From: Dictyostelium discoideum
Taxonomy: Eukaryota
Assembly (NCBI GenBank): GCA_000004695.1
Contig: CM000152.2
Coordinates: 5,952,001 to 6,016,000, forward strand
Length of the DNA stretch: 64,000 nt
Reading direction: 5' to 3'
Of the stretch, positions 12,382-25,322 are shown one piece after another; positions within the stretch are counted from its first letter, which is position 1, and the number at the start of each line of letters is the position of its first letter. Both the position numbers and the translations under genes were made by a program. The notes under the pieces are model-generated. The model was not told the origin of the DNA and searched no databases. It saw nothing but the letters and a program-made list of their open reading frames with translations.

Positions 12382-13523
12382 GTATTTATTTCTATAAACT
12401 TTCCAAAATAATATTTCTTCAATTGATTCTTTTTCTTTACCACATACTTGTTCCTCCTCTTTTTTTTCTTCTTTTTCTACTTTTTCTTCCTTATTATTAT
12501 TATTATTATTATTATTATAATTATTTAAAATTTTTCTTTGATTCTTTGAGGTTTGAAAAATAACTTAAATCTATTTCCATTTATGGTAATTTTTTTTTTT
12601 TTTTTTTACAATTTTATTTTTTATTTTTATTTTATATTAGATTTTTTTTTTTTTTTTTTTTTGGTTATTTTTATATTTTATCTTAAAATAAAAATAATAA
12701 ATCTAATTTTTTTTTTTTTTTTTTTTTTAAGTTTTTTTTTTTTTTTTTTTAGTGTCAGAGAAAAAGAACTATATAATAATAATGAAAAATAATTGAATAA
12801 AAAAAATACAATCTTTTTACAATAAATAATTATTTACGAGAGCACTTACTTTTTTTTTTTTTTTTTTTGTTTTTTTTTTAATTTTTTTTTTTTTAAAGAG
12901 AAAAAAAAAAAAAAAAAAATTAAAACTTGACTCTTAGTTTTAAAAAACAATGTTTTAGTTTTTAAATTTTATTACGAACTTTTCTCTTGTCCTCAAGAAA
13001 AATCTCATCATGATTTTCATAAATGGACCAATCATGTTTTTTAAAAAAACTGAAAAATCAGAAAAAAAAAAATGAAATAAATCATGAGACATAAAAAAAA
13101 AAAAAAATTCTTGGCCTTTCAAGAAAGATTAATCCTATGCACAAAAAATAATTATAAAAAAAATAAAAAAAATTAAAATTGTATTTGTCAAATGATTTTA
13201 GGTCGTTTTAAAGTGAAAAAATATAAAAATCAAAAAGGATTTGGGTATGGTTGGGAACGAGATAAAAGCCATTCATTTCAGATAAAAAAAATTTTATATT
13301 TTTTTTTTTTATTTTTATTTTCATTTTTTTTTTTTTTTTTTTTCTTTTTTTCCACTAATATCTGGTCCAAATTTTGATAAAAAAAATTAAAAATTAAATA
13401 AATAAAAAGGAAAACTGAAAATAAAAACTTTTTAAGATATTTTAGTGTTTAACTTTGCAATGACTCTTTTAAAAAAAAAAAAAACATAAGAGCAACGTGT
13501 GTATGTTTGCATTGTACGAAAAT

Positions 13524-13556
<33 letters not shown>

Positions 13557-13561
13557 CTTTT

Positions 13562-13665
13562 TTTTTAATTGGACAAGATATGTAATGGTTTGATTTTAAT
13601 ATTTTTTATTTATTTTTTCTTTTTTTTTTTCTTTTTTTTAATTGGACAAGATATGTAATGGTTTG
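13562..13665. repeat. direct duplication of ~38-bp unit ttttttaattggacaagatatgtaatggtttgattt (2 copies, 27-bp spacer)
   Basis: identical strings at ~13562-13600 and ~13627-13665. Confidence 0.8.
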
Positions 13666-14743
13666 ATTTATTTATTTATTTTTTTATTTTTCTTTTTTTT
13701 TTTTACGTAAAATTTTCATTGCTTTTTTTTTTTTTTTTCACAAAAACATATTTTTTTAATATTACACAAATTCTCCAAACATGATAGGCCAACACTAGGT
13801 TAGCTAATTAGAGTCAAAAATTTTTTTTTTTTTTTGGGGGCACATGTGTTGTTGATCACTATGATACTTGTAATTTGTTGGCCATCAGTGGAGGAGTGAT
13901 AAAATTTTAAAAAAACAAAGTGCGAAGCCCTTTTTTTAAACAGATTTATAATTCTGAAAAAAAAAAAAAAATGGAAAAATTGAAAAAAATTAAAAAAGAA
14001 AAAAATAATGAATACTTGTTTACTATTTAATTAAATAAAAAATAAAATAAAATAAATAAAAATAAATAAACTCTTATAATATTATTATAACATTTAAAAT
14101 AAAACATAAAAACCGCTTCTTACTGACATAAAGCCCATAAAAGGCAAAACAAAATTAAAAAAAAAAAAAAGAAAAGAAATAAAAAAGAAAAAAAAAAAAA
14201 AAAAAAGAAAAAGACAAAGAAAAATAAAAAGAAAAAATTAAAAAAATAATCCACTGTTCTTTTTAATTAGTTAATTATTTAAATAAAGAACATCAAATAA
14301 AACTTTTTTATTTTTTATTTTTTTTTATTAATTTTTTTATTGCAAAAAAATTGTTGGGTTTGGTGGTTCCCAAAAATTTTTTTTTTTTATTTTTTAAAAT
14401 TATTTTTTTTAAATTTTTTCTCTCCATAGCCTAAAGATTACGCCAAACCCCAGTGTTTTCATTTTTTTTTTTTTTTTTTTTTTTTTTTTATTTTTATTTT
14501 TTTTTTATTTTTATTATTTTTATTATTTTTATTTTTTTTTTTTTTTTTTTATTTTTATTTTTATTTTAATCATTTTTTTTATATTTATTTATTTAAATAT
14601 ATTTTATTTTATATTATTATTTTTTTTTTTTATAATTTCTATTAAAATTATTTATTAATAAAAATTATATAATTAATTACAATTAGTTTTTATTTTTTTA
14701 TTTGAAAAAAATAAAAAAATAAAAAAAAGAGTAATTAATAAAG

Positions 14744-16161
14744 ATGATGATGAAATTATTATTTTTAATCGCATTATTTGGGTGCGTAGTAAATTCAATT
14801 AGAATTAATAATGATAATGGTTTATCATTTCAAAGTAATTGTTTAGGTGGTTCAATTCAAATTGCTGAATCAATTCCATTAGCTCTTAATTTACAAAGTA
14901 ATCTCTCAACTCATGATGGTATGTAAAAATTAAAAAAAAAAAAAAAAAATAAAAAAAAATTAAAAAAAAATAAAAAAAAAATGAAAAACGAAAGTTGGAA
15001 ATGAAAATATATGTTGTACTAAAAATAAAAATAAAAAAAAAAAAAATAAATAAATAATAAAAAAAAGCATGGATGGAATTAATTACAAATGCAAAGAAAT
15101 CAATTGATATGGGTATTTTTTATATGACATTAACAGATGGCGGTCAATTAGATCCAGTTTATGGTGGACAGTTAGGTTTGGATATTTATAAAGCATTAGT
15201 TGATGCCAATTCAAGAGGTGTTAGTATTAGAATTGTACAAAATCAACCATCATCATCTATGCCAGATACCGATACTCAAAATTTAGCTAAATTAGGTGTA
15301 CAAGTCAGATCAATCAATTGGCCATCATTAGTAGGTGCAGGTATTTTACACACCAAGGTTATCGTAGTGGATCAGGTTAGTGCCTATTTGGGTAGTGCAA
15401 ATTTAGATTGGCGTTCACTTGCACAAGTTAAAGAATTGGGTGTGCTATTCCAAAACTGTCCATCAATGGTATCAGATACCGAGATTGCCTTCCAACAATA
15501 TTGGGATGCCGCAGTCGTGACAGAGTTGCCAAGCGACTGGGGAGTCCAATACCAAGCAGCCTACAACCAAACAAATATGGCTAGCTTACTATTGAACGGT
15601 AATGAAAAGTTTGAGATGTTTTTGGCCGTGTCACCCCCACAATTCGTTTCAACAGATCGTACAGGCGACATTGACGCATTGGTCAGCGCTATGAATGGTG
15701 CCACCAAAACTATTTGCATCTCTGTTATGGACTACATCCCTGCATCCTTATACAATTCACCAAACACTTTTTGGCCAGTGATGGATAACGCACTCCGTGC
15801 TGCTGCCTACAATCGTGGTGTTCAAGTTCGTATGTTAATCAGTCATTGGAATCACACAAACTATGCTATTCCTCAATGGCTACATTCACTAGATCAGGTG
15901 AACAATATCGATGTTCGTTGGTTTGTCGTCCCAGATTTCCCTAATGAACCACAAGTTCCATTCACTAGAGTTAATCATGCTAAATATATGGTTACTGATG
16001 AACAATCATATGTTGGTACTTCAAATTGGTCTGAAGATTATTATACAAATACTGGTGGTCTCTCTTATAATATTTACAATGATGAGTTCACTTCTCAACT
16101 TCAATCAATTTTTGATCGTGATTGGAATTCACCATATTCATTCCCAGTTACAACTTATTAA
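14744..16161 (+). CDS. PLD3/PLD4-like phospholipase D family protein with signal peptide and two HKD motifs; 2 exons
   Basis: Exon 1 14744-~14918 (MMMKLLFLIALFGCVVNS signal peptide; donor GTATGT), exon 2 ~15068-16161. Junction gives ...STHDAWMELITNAKKSIDMGIFYMTL (cf. PLD3 AW(L/M)ELL..A..S(I/L)DIASFYW). HKD 1: HTKVIVVDQVSAYLGSANLDWRS; HKD 2: NHAKYMVTDEQSYVGTSNWSEDY. Same architecture as Dictyostelium pldY/pldZ type enzymes (assignment to a specific paralogue not possible). Confidence 0.85.
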
Positions 16162-17589
16162 AAAAAATAATAATAATAATAATTAAGATATAGAAAAAAA
16201 AAAAAAAAAATTATCTTTTTTTTTTTTTTGTTTTTATTTCTTTTAAATATTTTTTTTTAAAAAATTATCTTTTTGTTTTTTTATTTTTTTTTTATCTAAT
16301 ATTATTTTTTAAGTATTTGAATTACATATATATAATTCATATATATAATTTTATAAAAAAAAAAAATATTAATAAATAAGTAAATAAACATTTTTATAAA
16401 TCAATTTAATATATGCATTGTTTTAAAATTTTAGACATGTTTTTCTTTTTTTTTTTTTTTTTTTTTCTTTATAATATTTATTATTTTTTTTTTTTTTTTT
16501 TAAATATTTATTTTATTTTATTTTATTTTTTTTTTCAAATTATTTTATTTTATTCTCAAACAAATAATTAAAATATATAAATAAAAGAGATGAATAAATT
16601 TAAAATAATAATTGATTTTATTAAAATTTTATTTAAAAAAGATCATTTAATTTCAATTTTTTTTATATTATTATTTATTTTAAAATTTGGTATTTTAAAT
16701 TTAATAATTTCACTGTGTTCATTTATAATTGAACTATTTTTAATCATTATAAATATTATTTTATTTTCAATAAATTCAGTATTACTATTTTTATATTATG
16801 TATTTTACTTTAATACAAATATAATATTCATAGTAATATTTGGTATACCTTTATTAATTAAATATATAATTCCAATAACAATTTCAATTTATTATTTTTA
16901 TTTTGGTTAATAATAATTCTGGAAAAAAAAAAAAAAATAAAATAAAATAAAAATAAAAAAAAATAAAATTCGATCCTAAATTAAAAAGAAAAAAGAAAGA
17001 AAAAAAAAAGAAAAAAGAAAAAAAAAAAAAAAAAAGTAATTAAAATGTAGGTTTTTAAAAATTTTAATTAAATTAAATTAAATAAAATAAAATAGAAAAA
17101 AAAAAAAAATAAATAAAAAAAAAAAAAAAGGACAAATAATATCAAGAATAATTGTGTATACTCTGGAACTAATACATGTAAAAAAAAATAATTTTTTTTA
17201 ATTTTTTAATTTTTTTTTTTTTTTTTTATTTTTTTTTTATTTTTTTTTTTTTTATTTTTTTTCAAATTTCATTTTGTTTTTTTTTTTTTTTTTTTTTACA
17301 ACAATAAATTTTTTTTTTATATTTAACTCTATATATCATATTTTTTATTTATTAGTTTTATTTCCTTCAATTTACGTTAATAAATAAGTTTTTTTATTAT
17401 TTTTTTATTATTTTTTTCATTTTTTTGGACTCCAATGTTAATACAGACACCAATTTTAGAAAAAAAAAATTAAAATTAAAAAAAAAAAAAATAAAAAAAT
17501 AAATTTCAAAGTTTTTAAAAAATCAAGTCGTCAACTAAACCACAAAATAGAAAAAAAAAAAATAGAAAAAAAAAAAAAATCCTCACAAT

Positions 17590-17670
17590 AGTAGCAGTAG
17601 TAATAACACATTCACACAAATCAATCATACATACATACACACATACACACATACACACATACACGCACAC
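17590..17670 (+). promoter_or_regulatory. CA-rich element (cacacatacacacatacacgcacaccc) ~200 bp upstream of the WDR45-like gene
   Basis: C/A-rich island in A/T desert; resembles CA-rich (CAE/G-box complement) elements of Dictyostelium developmental promoters; function inferred only. Confidence 0.2.
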
Positions 17671-17795
17671 CCTAAATAAATAAACCAAACTTTAATAACA
17701 ACAATAATAATAGTATAATACATAAAACTCAGATTCAAATTAAACATTTAATAATAACAAAAACCAATAAATAAATTATAATAATTAATAGATAC

Positions 17796-17797
17796 CA

Positions 17798-17852
<55 letters not shown>

Positions 17853-17853
17853 A
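17796..17853. repeat. (AAAT)n microsatellite (~14 units) immediately 5' of the 17861 start codon
   Basis: ataaataaataaat... read directly. Confidence 0.9.
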
Positions 17854-17860
17854 TTAAAGA

Positions 17861-18188
17861 ATGAATTTAGCAAATTGTAAAGATAAACACCCAAATTTAT
17901 TATTCGCCAATTTTAATCAAGATTATAGCTGCTTTGCATGTGGTACAGAGAAAGGATTTCTTATATTTTCATGTGACCCATTTAAAGAAAGATTTGGTAG
18001 AGTATTCGATGGTGGTGTTGGTATTGTTGAGATGTTATTCAGATGTAATATTTTAGCAATTGTAGGTGGTGGTAAAAAACCAAGATACACACCAAATCAA
18101 GTTATGATATGGGATGATTATCAAAATAAATGTATTGCAAAATTAGAATTTAAATCAGAAGTTAAAGCAGTTAAATTAAGAAGAGACA

Positions 18189-18222
<34 letters not shown>

Positions 18223-18836
18223 AATATTCATTTTAAATTTATAATAGTAATAATACTAATATTTTCAATTATTATTATTATTTAGAATTGTAGTTGTACT
18301 TGAAAATAAAGTTTATCTTTATAATTTTTCAGATTTACAATTAGTTCATCAATTAGAGACAACAAATAATCCAAAAGGTATTTGTGCAATTTGTCCAGGT
18401 ACAGTAAATGTTTTAGCATGTCCTGGTTTGAAACCAGGTTATGTTCATGTTGAATTATATGACTTAAAACAAACACAAATCATTCCAGCACACGAAGGTG
18501 CACTCTCTCAAATTGCACTCAATAAAGATGGTACCCTTTTGGCAACTGCCTCTGAAAAAGGTACTTTAATTCGTATTTTTGATACAGCTACAGGTGAAAA
18601 AGTTAAAGAGTTGAGACGTGGTACCAATAGAGCAGAGATTTATAGTATTGCATTCAATAACGATTCAACTGCATTATGCGTTTCAAGTGATAAAAATACT
18701 GGTCATATTTTCGATTTATCAATGGCTAAACCATCACCAAAAGAAGAAGATACACAACAAAAAAATAGACAATCAACGTAAGTTATTTATTGGTTTTATA
18801 ATCATTATATGATTACCAGGATTAAAATTTTAATTA

Positions 18837-18870
<34 letters not shown>

Positions 18871-19133
18871 CTTCCTTCTCTCTCTCTCTCTATTATTATA
18901 GATTTTCATTTATGGGTGATATATTACCAACAAATTATTTTAAATCTGAATGGAGTGCTGTACAATTTCAAATCCCAGAATCAAGATCAATTTGTGCATT
19001 TGGTTCTACACCAAATTCAATCAATGTAATTTGTGCCTCTGGTATCTGTTATAAATATACCTATGATTTTTCAAAAGGTGAATGTAAAAGAGAAGAAAAT
19101 CCTCATCAATTCATTGAAAATGAAGAATCTTAA
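17861..19133 (+). CDS. WDR45/WDR45B (WIPI3/WIPI4)-like PROPPIN, 3 exons, ~350 aa
   Basis: Exons 17861-18189, 18286-18777, 18902-19133 (donors GTAAAA/GTAAGT, phases 2/2). Collinear with human WDR45B: [118 protein letters not shown] (LRRG phosphoinositide-binding motif of the WIPI3/4 subgroup), C-terminus [32 protein letters not shown]. Confidence 0.9.
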
Positions 19134-19251
19134 TAAAATATAACATTTATATATTTTTTTTTATACTTTTTTTTTAATCTATACACAACTATCAAATAAT
19201 ACTTTCAATACTCTTTTTTAAAATAAATAATAATGATAATAATAACATAAT

Positions 19252-19289
<38 letters not shown>

Positions 19290-19894
19290 GAATAATAATA
19301 ATAATAATATTTATACAATACAATATAGCTAATATAATTTTTTTATATATTTATCAAAAAATGTATTTATAAATTTTAAAATCTCTAAACAAAAAAAAAT
19401 AAAATAAAAAATAAAAAATATTAAATAAAAAAAAAAAAAAACAAACCTCCACCTAAACTATATTGATAATGCAAATAAAAAAACCTTTTTAAAGTTTTTG
19501 TAAATTTGGATACTCTACAAACTAACTATTTTCTCATAAAGTTTTAATCAGCGATTGTTTTATATTGATTATCCATATTTTTTTTTTTTTTTTTTTTCTC
19601 ATTCAGAAATTAATTTCTGAAAACCCAATAAACAAAATATCTTCAAAAAAAAAATTTAAAATTTTAATTTATTTATTTATTTTTTATTTTATTTTTTGAT
19701 TGAAGAAGTAGTAGTATGTTACAAAAAGATTTTTATTGATCATTTTTTTTTTTTTTTTTTTTTTTTTTTTCATTTTTTTTTTTTTTTTTTTTATATACTA
19801 ATTATTTTTATACATTTGTGTGGAGATATTTATATTATTATTATTGTTATTATTATTATTATTATAATTAATTATTATTATTTTTATTACATTT

Positions 19895-20015
<121 letters not shown>

Positions 20016-20074
20016 ATTTTTTAAAAAATATATTTTTTTTAGTTTTTTTTTTCTTTGTTACTATTTATTAATGG

Positions 20075-20108
<34 letters not shown>

Positions 20109-20120
20109 CAAACTAAGGTT

Positions 20121-20331
20121 TTAGTTTTGGGTTTCAAGCTGTCTATTTTTGAAGAATTCTTCGATCATACCAACTGTAACTGATCTGTCTCTATCTGGGA
20201 CAGAAATTGTTTGAGATTCTATAGATTTTTTAAATATTGGGAAAAGAGAGGAGGAAAAGAAAAAAAAAAAAAGTACAGAAAAAAAAAAATCAGTATAAAT
20301 ATATTTATAAATACCCAAATAAAATAAAATA

Positions 20332-20363
<32 letters not shown>

Positions 20364-20733
20364 AAAATTTACCTTTATATTTTTTATAATCATCAGATTT
20401 CAAGAATAAAGGAATTGCATCAGTTTCCATATGTTTTTTAATATCATTTTGGATTCTAGCAAAAGTATCACTTGTGGGGGAATTTTTATTAATCTTTTCT
20501 TCTAAATCCTTTCTATCTTGAAAATTAAGATTCAATTCATATTTACTATCGGCAAGGAAATATTTGGCAAAGATTTCTTTGGATCTTACTTCCATTTCAC
20601 TCTTATCCAAATATTTATAGTTTTCAACTTCTAACCAGAATGAAAAGTTTTCATTATTAAATCTATTGTATAAAAATTGTCTGAAAACTAATGCCAAATT
20701 TCTGTCTTTTATAATTGTTTCTAATTGAGTCAT
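20121..20733 (-). CDS. small RGS-domain protein (~153 aa), 2 exons
   Basis: Exon 1 20733-20373 (minus; donor GTAAAT), exon 2 20218-20121 (acceptor ctatAG). RGS signature: LALVFRQFLYNRFNNENFSFWLEVENYKYL…EIFAKYFLADSKYELNL…; junction ...DDYKKYK-ESQTISVPDRDRSVTVGMIEEFFKNRQLETQN*. Confidence 0.7.
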
Positions 20734-20996
20734 TGTGTGTGTTATGTACTTGAGAATTTAGGATTGATGGAAATTAAAAATAAATATATTTTTTTTTTTT
20801 TTTTTTTTTTTTTTAATAATTTAAATTGTTTAAAAAAAAAAAATAATTTAAATTTATTTAAAAATTAAATAATTTTTATTTTTTTTTATTATTTTTTTTA
20901 AAAAAAAGATTATGTTTAATTGTATTTTACCAATATAATGATAATAGTATTATAAAAAAAAAATAATAAAAAAGAAATAAATTTTTTTTTTCTATT

Positions 20997-21028
<32 letters not shown>

Positions 21029-21094
21029 TTTAATTAAATAAAAATAAAAATAAAAATAAAAATATTATAATTGGGAGTGCGTTAAAAATAAATG

Positions 21095-21170
21095 AGAGTA
21101 AGTGGGTGTTGAGTGTTTTATTTTATGTGTGAGTGAGAGTGTGTGTGTGTGTGAGTGAGGTGAGTGAGTT
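21095..21170. promoter_or_regulatory. G/T-rich G-box-like element (gtgtgagtgagagtgtgtgtgtgtgtgagtgaggtgagtgag) ~400 bp upstream of the minus-strand RGS gene
   Basis: resembles GBF-binding G-box / CAE elements (TGTGTGTGGG-type) of Dictyostelium post-aggregative promoters; assignment is inferential. Confidence 0.25.
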
Positions 21171-21882
21171 TATTTTTAAAAAAAGATATAAAAAACACTT
21201 GTGGGGCGGTTATGTATCTTTTTTTTTTTTTTTTGTTTGGTTTTATTTTTTTTTTTTTTTTTAGAAATTTTTATATTTAATTTTAATTTTTTTTTATTTT
21301 TTTTTTATTTTTTTATATTTTTTTTTTTTTTTAAATTTTTTTTATATTTTTTTTGATAAATCAAAAATAAGAGATTAGTGTGTGATTTTTAATGTGATTT
21401 TATGTGGGAGTTGATAATAATAATAAAAAAAATAAAAATAACTATTTAATTTTTTTTTTTTTTTTTTCTGGTTATGTATACAATATTGATGATAATAAAT
21501 TAATAAAAAAAAAAAAAAAAAAAATTCTAGTTTTATATTTTTTTTTAAAAATAAAAATTAATAAAAAAAAAAAAAAATTAATAAAAAAAAAAAGAAAAAA
21601 GAATAAAATTAATAAAAAAAAATAAAAAAAACAGGTTATTTTTAGATTCATTTTTTTTTTTTTTGTAAAATGGAAAAACTGAGTCGCCATTAATGGACAT
21701 TTTTTAATGATAAATATATATTAAAAGAAAAGGTTGTGTGAGGCAAACAAACGTTTTTTTTTTTTTTTTTTCATTTAAAATTTTAATTAAAAAAAAAAAA
21801 ATTATCATTGTAATTGGTAAATCTCAATTTAACCTCAATATAATTTATAAAGACTCTTTTTAGATTTGTAGCCCCATCAGCC

Positions 21883-21917
<35 letters not shown>

Positions 21918-23166
21918 TGATAAACAAGTCCGATATCTCAATATTTTTAAAATGAAAAAATTATTAATATTTAACTTATAAGGAAACTTCAACGTGGTTC
22001 CAATAATTTAAATTCCCATTTAAGGATATTAATTGGTGTCTCTTAATTATTTTATAGTTTTTTTTATTTTTTTTTTTATTCATTCTAAATTCTATTTCAA
22101 CGACTTTAAAAATTTACTATTTTCATACATATTATTAAAAAAAAAAAAAAAAAAAAAACACTTTTTATTATACTGAAAAGTCAGCTAATTATTTAATCAA
22201 GATAATTTTTTTAATAATCATGTGACCAGTTTTTTATTTTTATTTTTATTTTTTTTTATAAAAAAAATACTCTTTTACTTGGTTTATATAAAAATGGAAA
22301 TTTTTAGTTTTCTTATTATTTTATTATTATTTTTATTATTTTGATTTTTTTTTTTTTAATTTATTATTAATATAAATCAATGAGTGTGAAAAAGTGATCA
22401 AACCCACCCTTTTTTTTTTTTATTTTTATTTTTTTTAATTAGTTTTTTTTTTTTTTTTATTTATAAAATAACCTCAAAGTTAAGATTATTTTACAAATTT
22501 ACATTTTATTTAAATTTAGAAATTTTCATCAAACATGTTGTCTCTTAAAATTATCTTTATTATTTTTTGACCAATAGTAAAATTAATTTTAATTAGGGTT
22601 ATATTATTTGAAAAAAAATTGAGAAGTTTATTATTTTTTATTATTTTTTATTTTTTTATAAAACATTCAAAGAATTTGATTTGGAATTATATTAAATTAA
22701 AATAATAATAAAAAAAACAATTTTTACATTTCAATAAATTTAATAACACAATTTTTTAAAAAAAAAAAAAAAAAAATTGAAAAAAAATCTAAAAAATATC
22801 AAAAAATAATCTTTATTTTGTGATTTGTAAAAAAATATCAAACTTTTTTTTTAAAAAAAAAATATATTTTAAAACATAAAATATTTATCAAATTTTTTTT
22901 TTTTTTTTAATTTTATATGACATTTCAAAACTTATTTTGTAATGTTTTTATATTATTTTTATTTTACATTTTTTTTTTTTTTTTTTGATTAATCCAATTA
23001 GATTTTTTTTTTTTTTTTAAGCGAATTTTTGATTTGTTTTGTTTATATATAATACATTTTTTTTTGTGGATTAGTTTTTAATTTGTTTCCAAATAATTTT
23101 TTTTTTTTTTTTTTATGTTTTCTTTCTTCTCTGGTCAAATAAATAAATAAATATTAAATAAATAAA

Positions 23167-23485
23167 TTATAAAAGTTTACAGTCACTCACACCTTCACCA
23201 GAAACATGAGCAGAGAGTAAATTATCATTTTTAAAACTACTACCAATTGATGTATTGTCGTTTTTCATTTGTTTGGATCTCTTAATAACCGACTTTTGGT
23301 TAACAGTATTATTATTACTAAAACTATTATTTGAACCAAAATTTGAAATTGAATCTATTTTTTTTTTTTTTTTTTTTTGGAAAAAATTGGATTTAAAAAA
23401 AATTAAAAAATGAAATATTAGAATTTGTAAAATAAATAATTTAAAAATTAAAATTAATAAAATAAAACTTACTAATGATTGTCAT
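23167..23485 (-). CDS. candidate tiny 2-exon gene (~66 aa, Ser/Asn-rich, no domain)
   Basis: minus strand: aaaaaaATGACAATCATTA|GTAAGT...(118-nt A/T intron)...aaaaaaaaatAG|ATTCAATTTC...; exon 1 23485-23473, exon 2 23354-23167; product MTIINSISNFGSNNSFSNNNTVNQKSVIKRSKQMKNDNTSIGSSFKNDNLLSAHVSGEGVSDCKLL*; perfect consensus donor/acceptor and correct phase, coding-like GC in exon 2 in a 3-kb ORF-free desert. Confidence 0.3.
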
Positions 23486-23948
23486 TTTTTTTTTTTTTTT
23501 TTTTTAAATAAATAAATAATTTTTTTTTTTTATAGTAATACAATTTTTTAAATTGAAAGTTAGTAAATAAATGAATATTTTTTTTTTTGGTTTAAATATT
23601 ACTTTTTTTTTTATTTATTTTTTTTTATTTTTTTATTTTTTTATTTTTTTTTAAATTTTAATTATTTGATATTTGTTTATTTTTTTATAGAAATAAAATC
23701 TGAAATAAAAAAAAAAAAAAAAAAAAAAAAAATTATTATAATGATTTATTAGTATTAGTAGTGGTGGTGGTAGTAGTAGTAGTGGTGGGGGGTCGTGCTA
23801 AATAGTAAGGGTGGGAGGTGTGTGATGTTGTAGACATTGTGTGTCAATTCAAATTCTATCCTATGATATAGTTTAAATCTCAAATAAAGAAATCTATTAC
23901 AAAAATATTATTTTTTTTTTTTTTTTTATTTATTTAAAATTTAAATAC

Positions 23949-23982
<34 letters not shown>

Positions 23983-24760
23983 TTTTTTAATTTTCAAAAT
24001 TATCTATTTAATTATTTTATAGTATATAAATAACCATTAATATCACCAAATATTAAAACATACACACTCAAAATAATAATATTTTTAAAATATTACCCAC
24101 CCCCTTCACCCCCTCCCACACCTAAACTATTAACTTTATTGTATTAATTAAGAACTGAAAAAATCCTATGATCATCTCAGGATTTGTGATATGTATAATA
24201 TAATTTATTTGTTTAATTTTTTAATTTTAATTATTTATCATTATTAGTTTTTTTTATTTTTTTTTTTTAATATTATAAAATTTCTGGTATATGAGGTTTT
24301 ACATGATGTGGTTCATAAATGGTAAAAAAAAAGGTTAAAGATATTCCTAAATAATAAAAAAAATATTTAAACCTCTCAAAGTATCACCTTTATTTAATCA
24401 TTGCATATATTTGTATTTTGGTTTTTTTTTATAATTTTTATTTTTATTTTTTTTATTATTTTTTATTTTTTTAATATTAAAAGATGGTTGTCACAAAACT
24501 TTTTATTAAAAGGAAGGTTTTTTGATAATGATTTATTTATGTTTCTATTATTTATTTTTTTAATTTTATTTTCGCCATTTATATCTTTTATGTGTGTGGG
24601 TTGATTTATATGTGGTTTTTTTTATCTGAAAAACTATCAATAATACAAAAAAAACAAGATATTATTTTACCAAATTAGAGGGTTTAGATAGTATTATTGA
24701 TAATAGGTTTTTTATTTTTATTTAAAATCTATTTTTTTTTTTTTTTTTTTTTTTTGGTAC

Positions 24761-24800
<40 letters not shown>

Positions 24801-25107
24801 TATTTTTATTTTTTTGATACTATTTTTTTTTTTTTTTTTATTACATTTTCAAATTAAAAATAAATTTTAAAATTGTTAAAATAAAAAAAAAAAAACTTAA
24901 ATACCAGCAATTAAAAGGAATCTTTGTTTTTTTTTTAAAATAAAGAGAGAGTGTAAATTAATCTTTTTTTTTTTTTTCATTTTTGAAATTCAAAATTGCT
25001 ATATTTGCATTTTTTTTTTTAAAAATAATTCTTCGATTATCGTCATGAATTTATGACCAATAAAAGAAACATATGCCTTAAGGGTCATTTTCTTTTATGG
25101 AGATTGA

Positions 25108-25139
<32 letters not shown>

Positions 25140-25220
25140 TTAATTAAATATTAATTTTTTGAGGAGGATACCCCTTTTTTTTATATTTATACATAAACAT
25201 TTTTTTTTATTTTTTTTTTA

Positions 25221-25251
<31 letters not shown>

Positions 25252-25291
25252 TTTTTTTTCTGTTTTCTACACAATAATTGGATGTTTTAAC

Positions 25292-25322
<31 letters not shown>

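Noticed and set aside
16590-16910. 106-aa ORF (MNKFKIIIDFIKILFKK…), plus similar ORFs at 12553-12792, 13192-13377, 19696-20016, 21404-21690, 24401-24604, 46785-47036, 47159-47492 and 47858-48118
   Set aside because: Composed almost only of I/F/L/K/N/Y codons (TTT/ATT/AAA/TAT) in poly(T)/poly(A)-rich intergenic DNA. No start context, no diversity. Expected by chance in homopolymer-rich A/T sequence.
18282-18812. Overlapping ORFs 18282-18476 (minus) and 18618-18812 (plus)
   Set aside because: Alternative-frame or antisense artefacts inside exon 2 of the WDR45-like gene.
23738-23851. 37-codon Thr-rich mini-ORF (MSTTSHTSHPYYLARPPTTTTTTTTTTNTNKSL*) on the minus strand
   Set aside because: Too short. 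It is a product of the (GGT/AGT)n G-rich tract, treated as a regulatory element instead.
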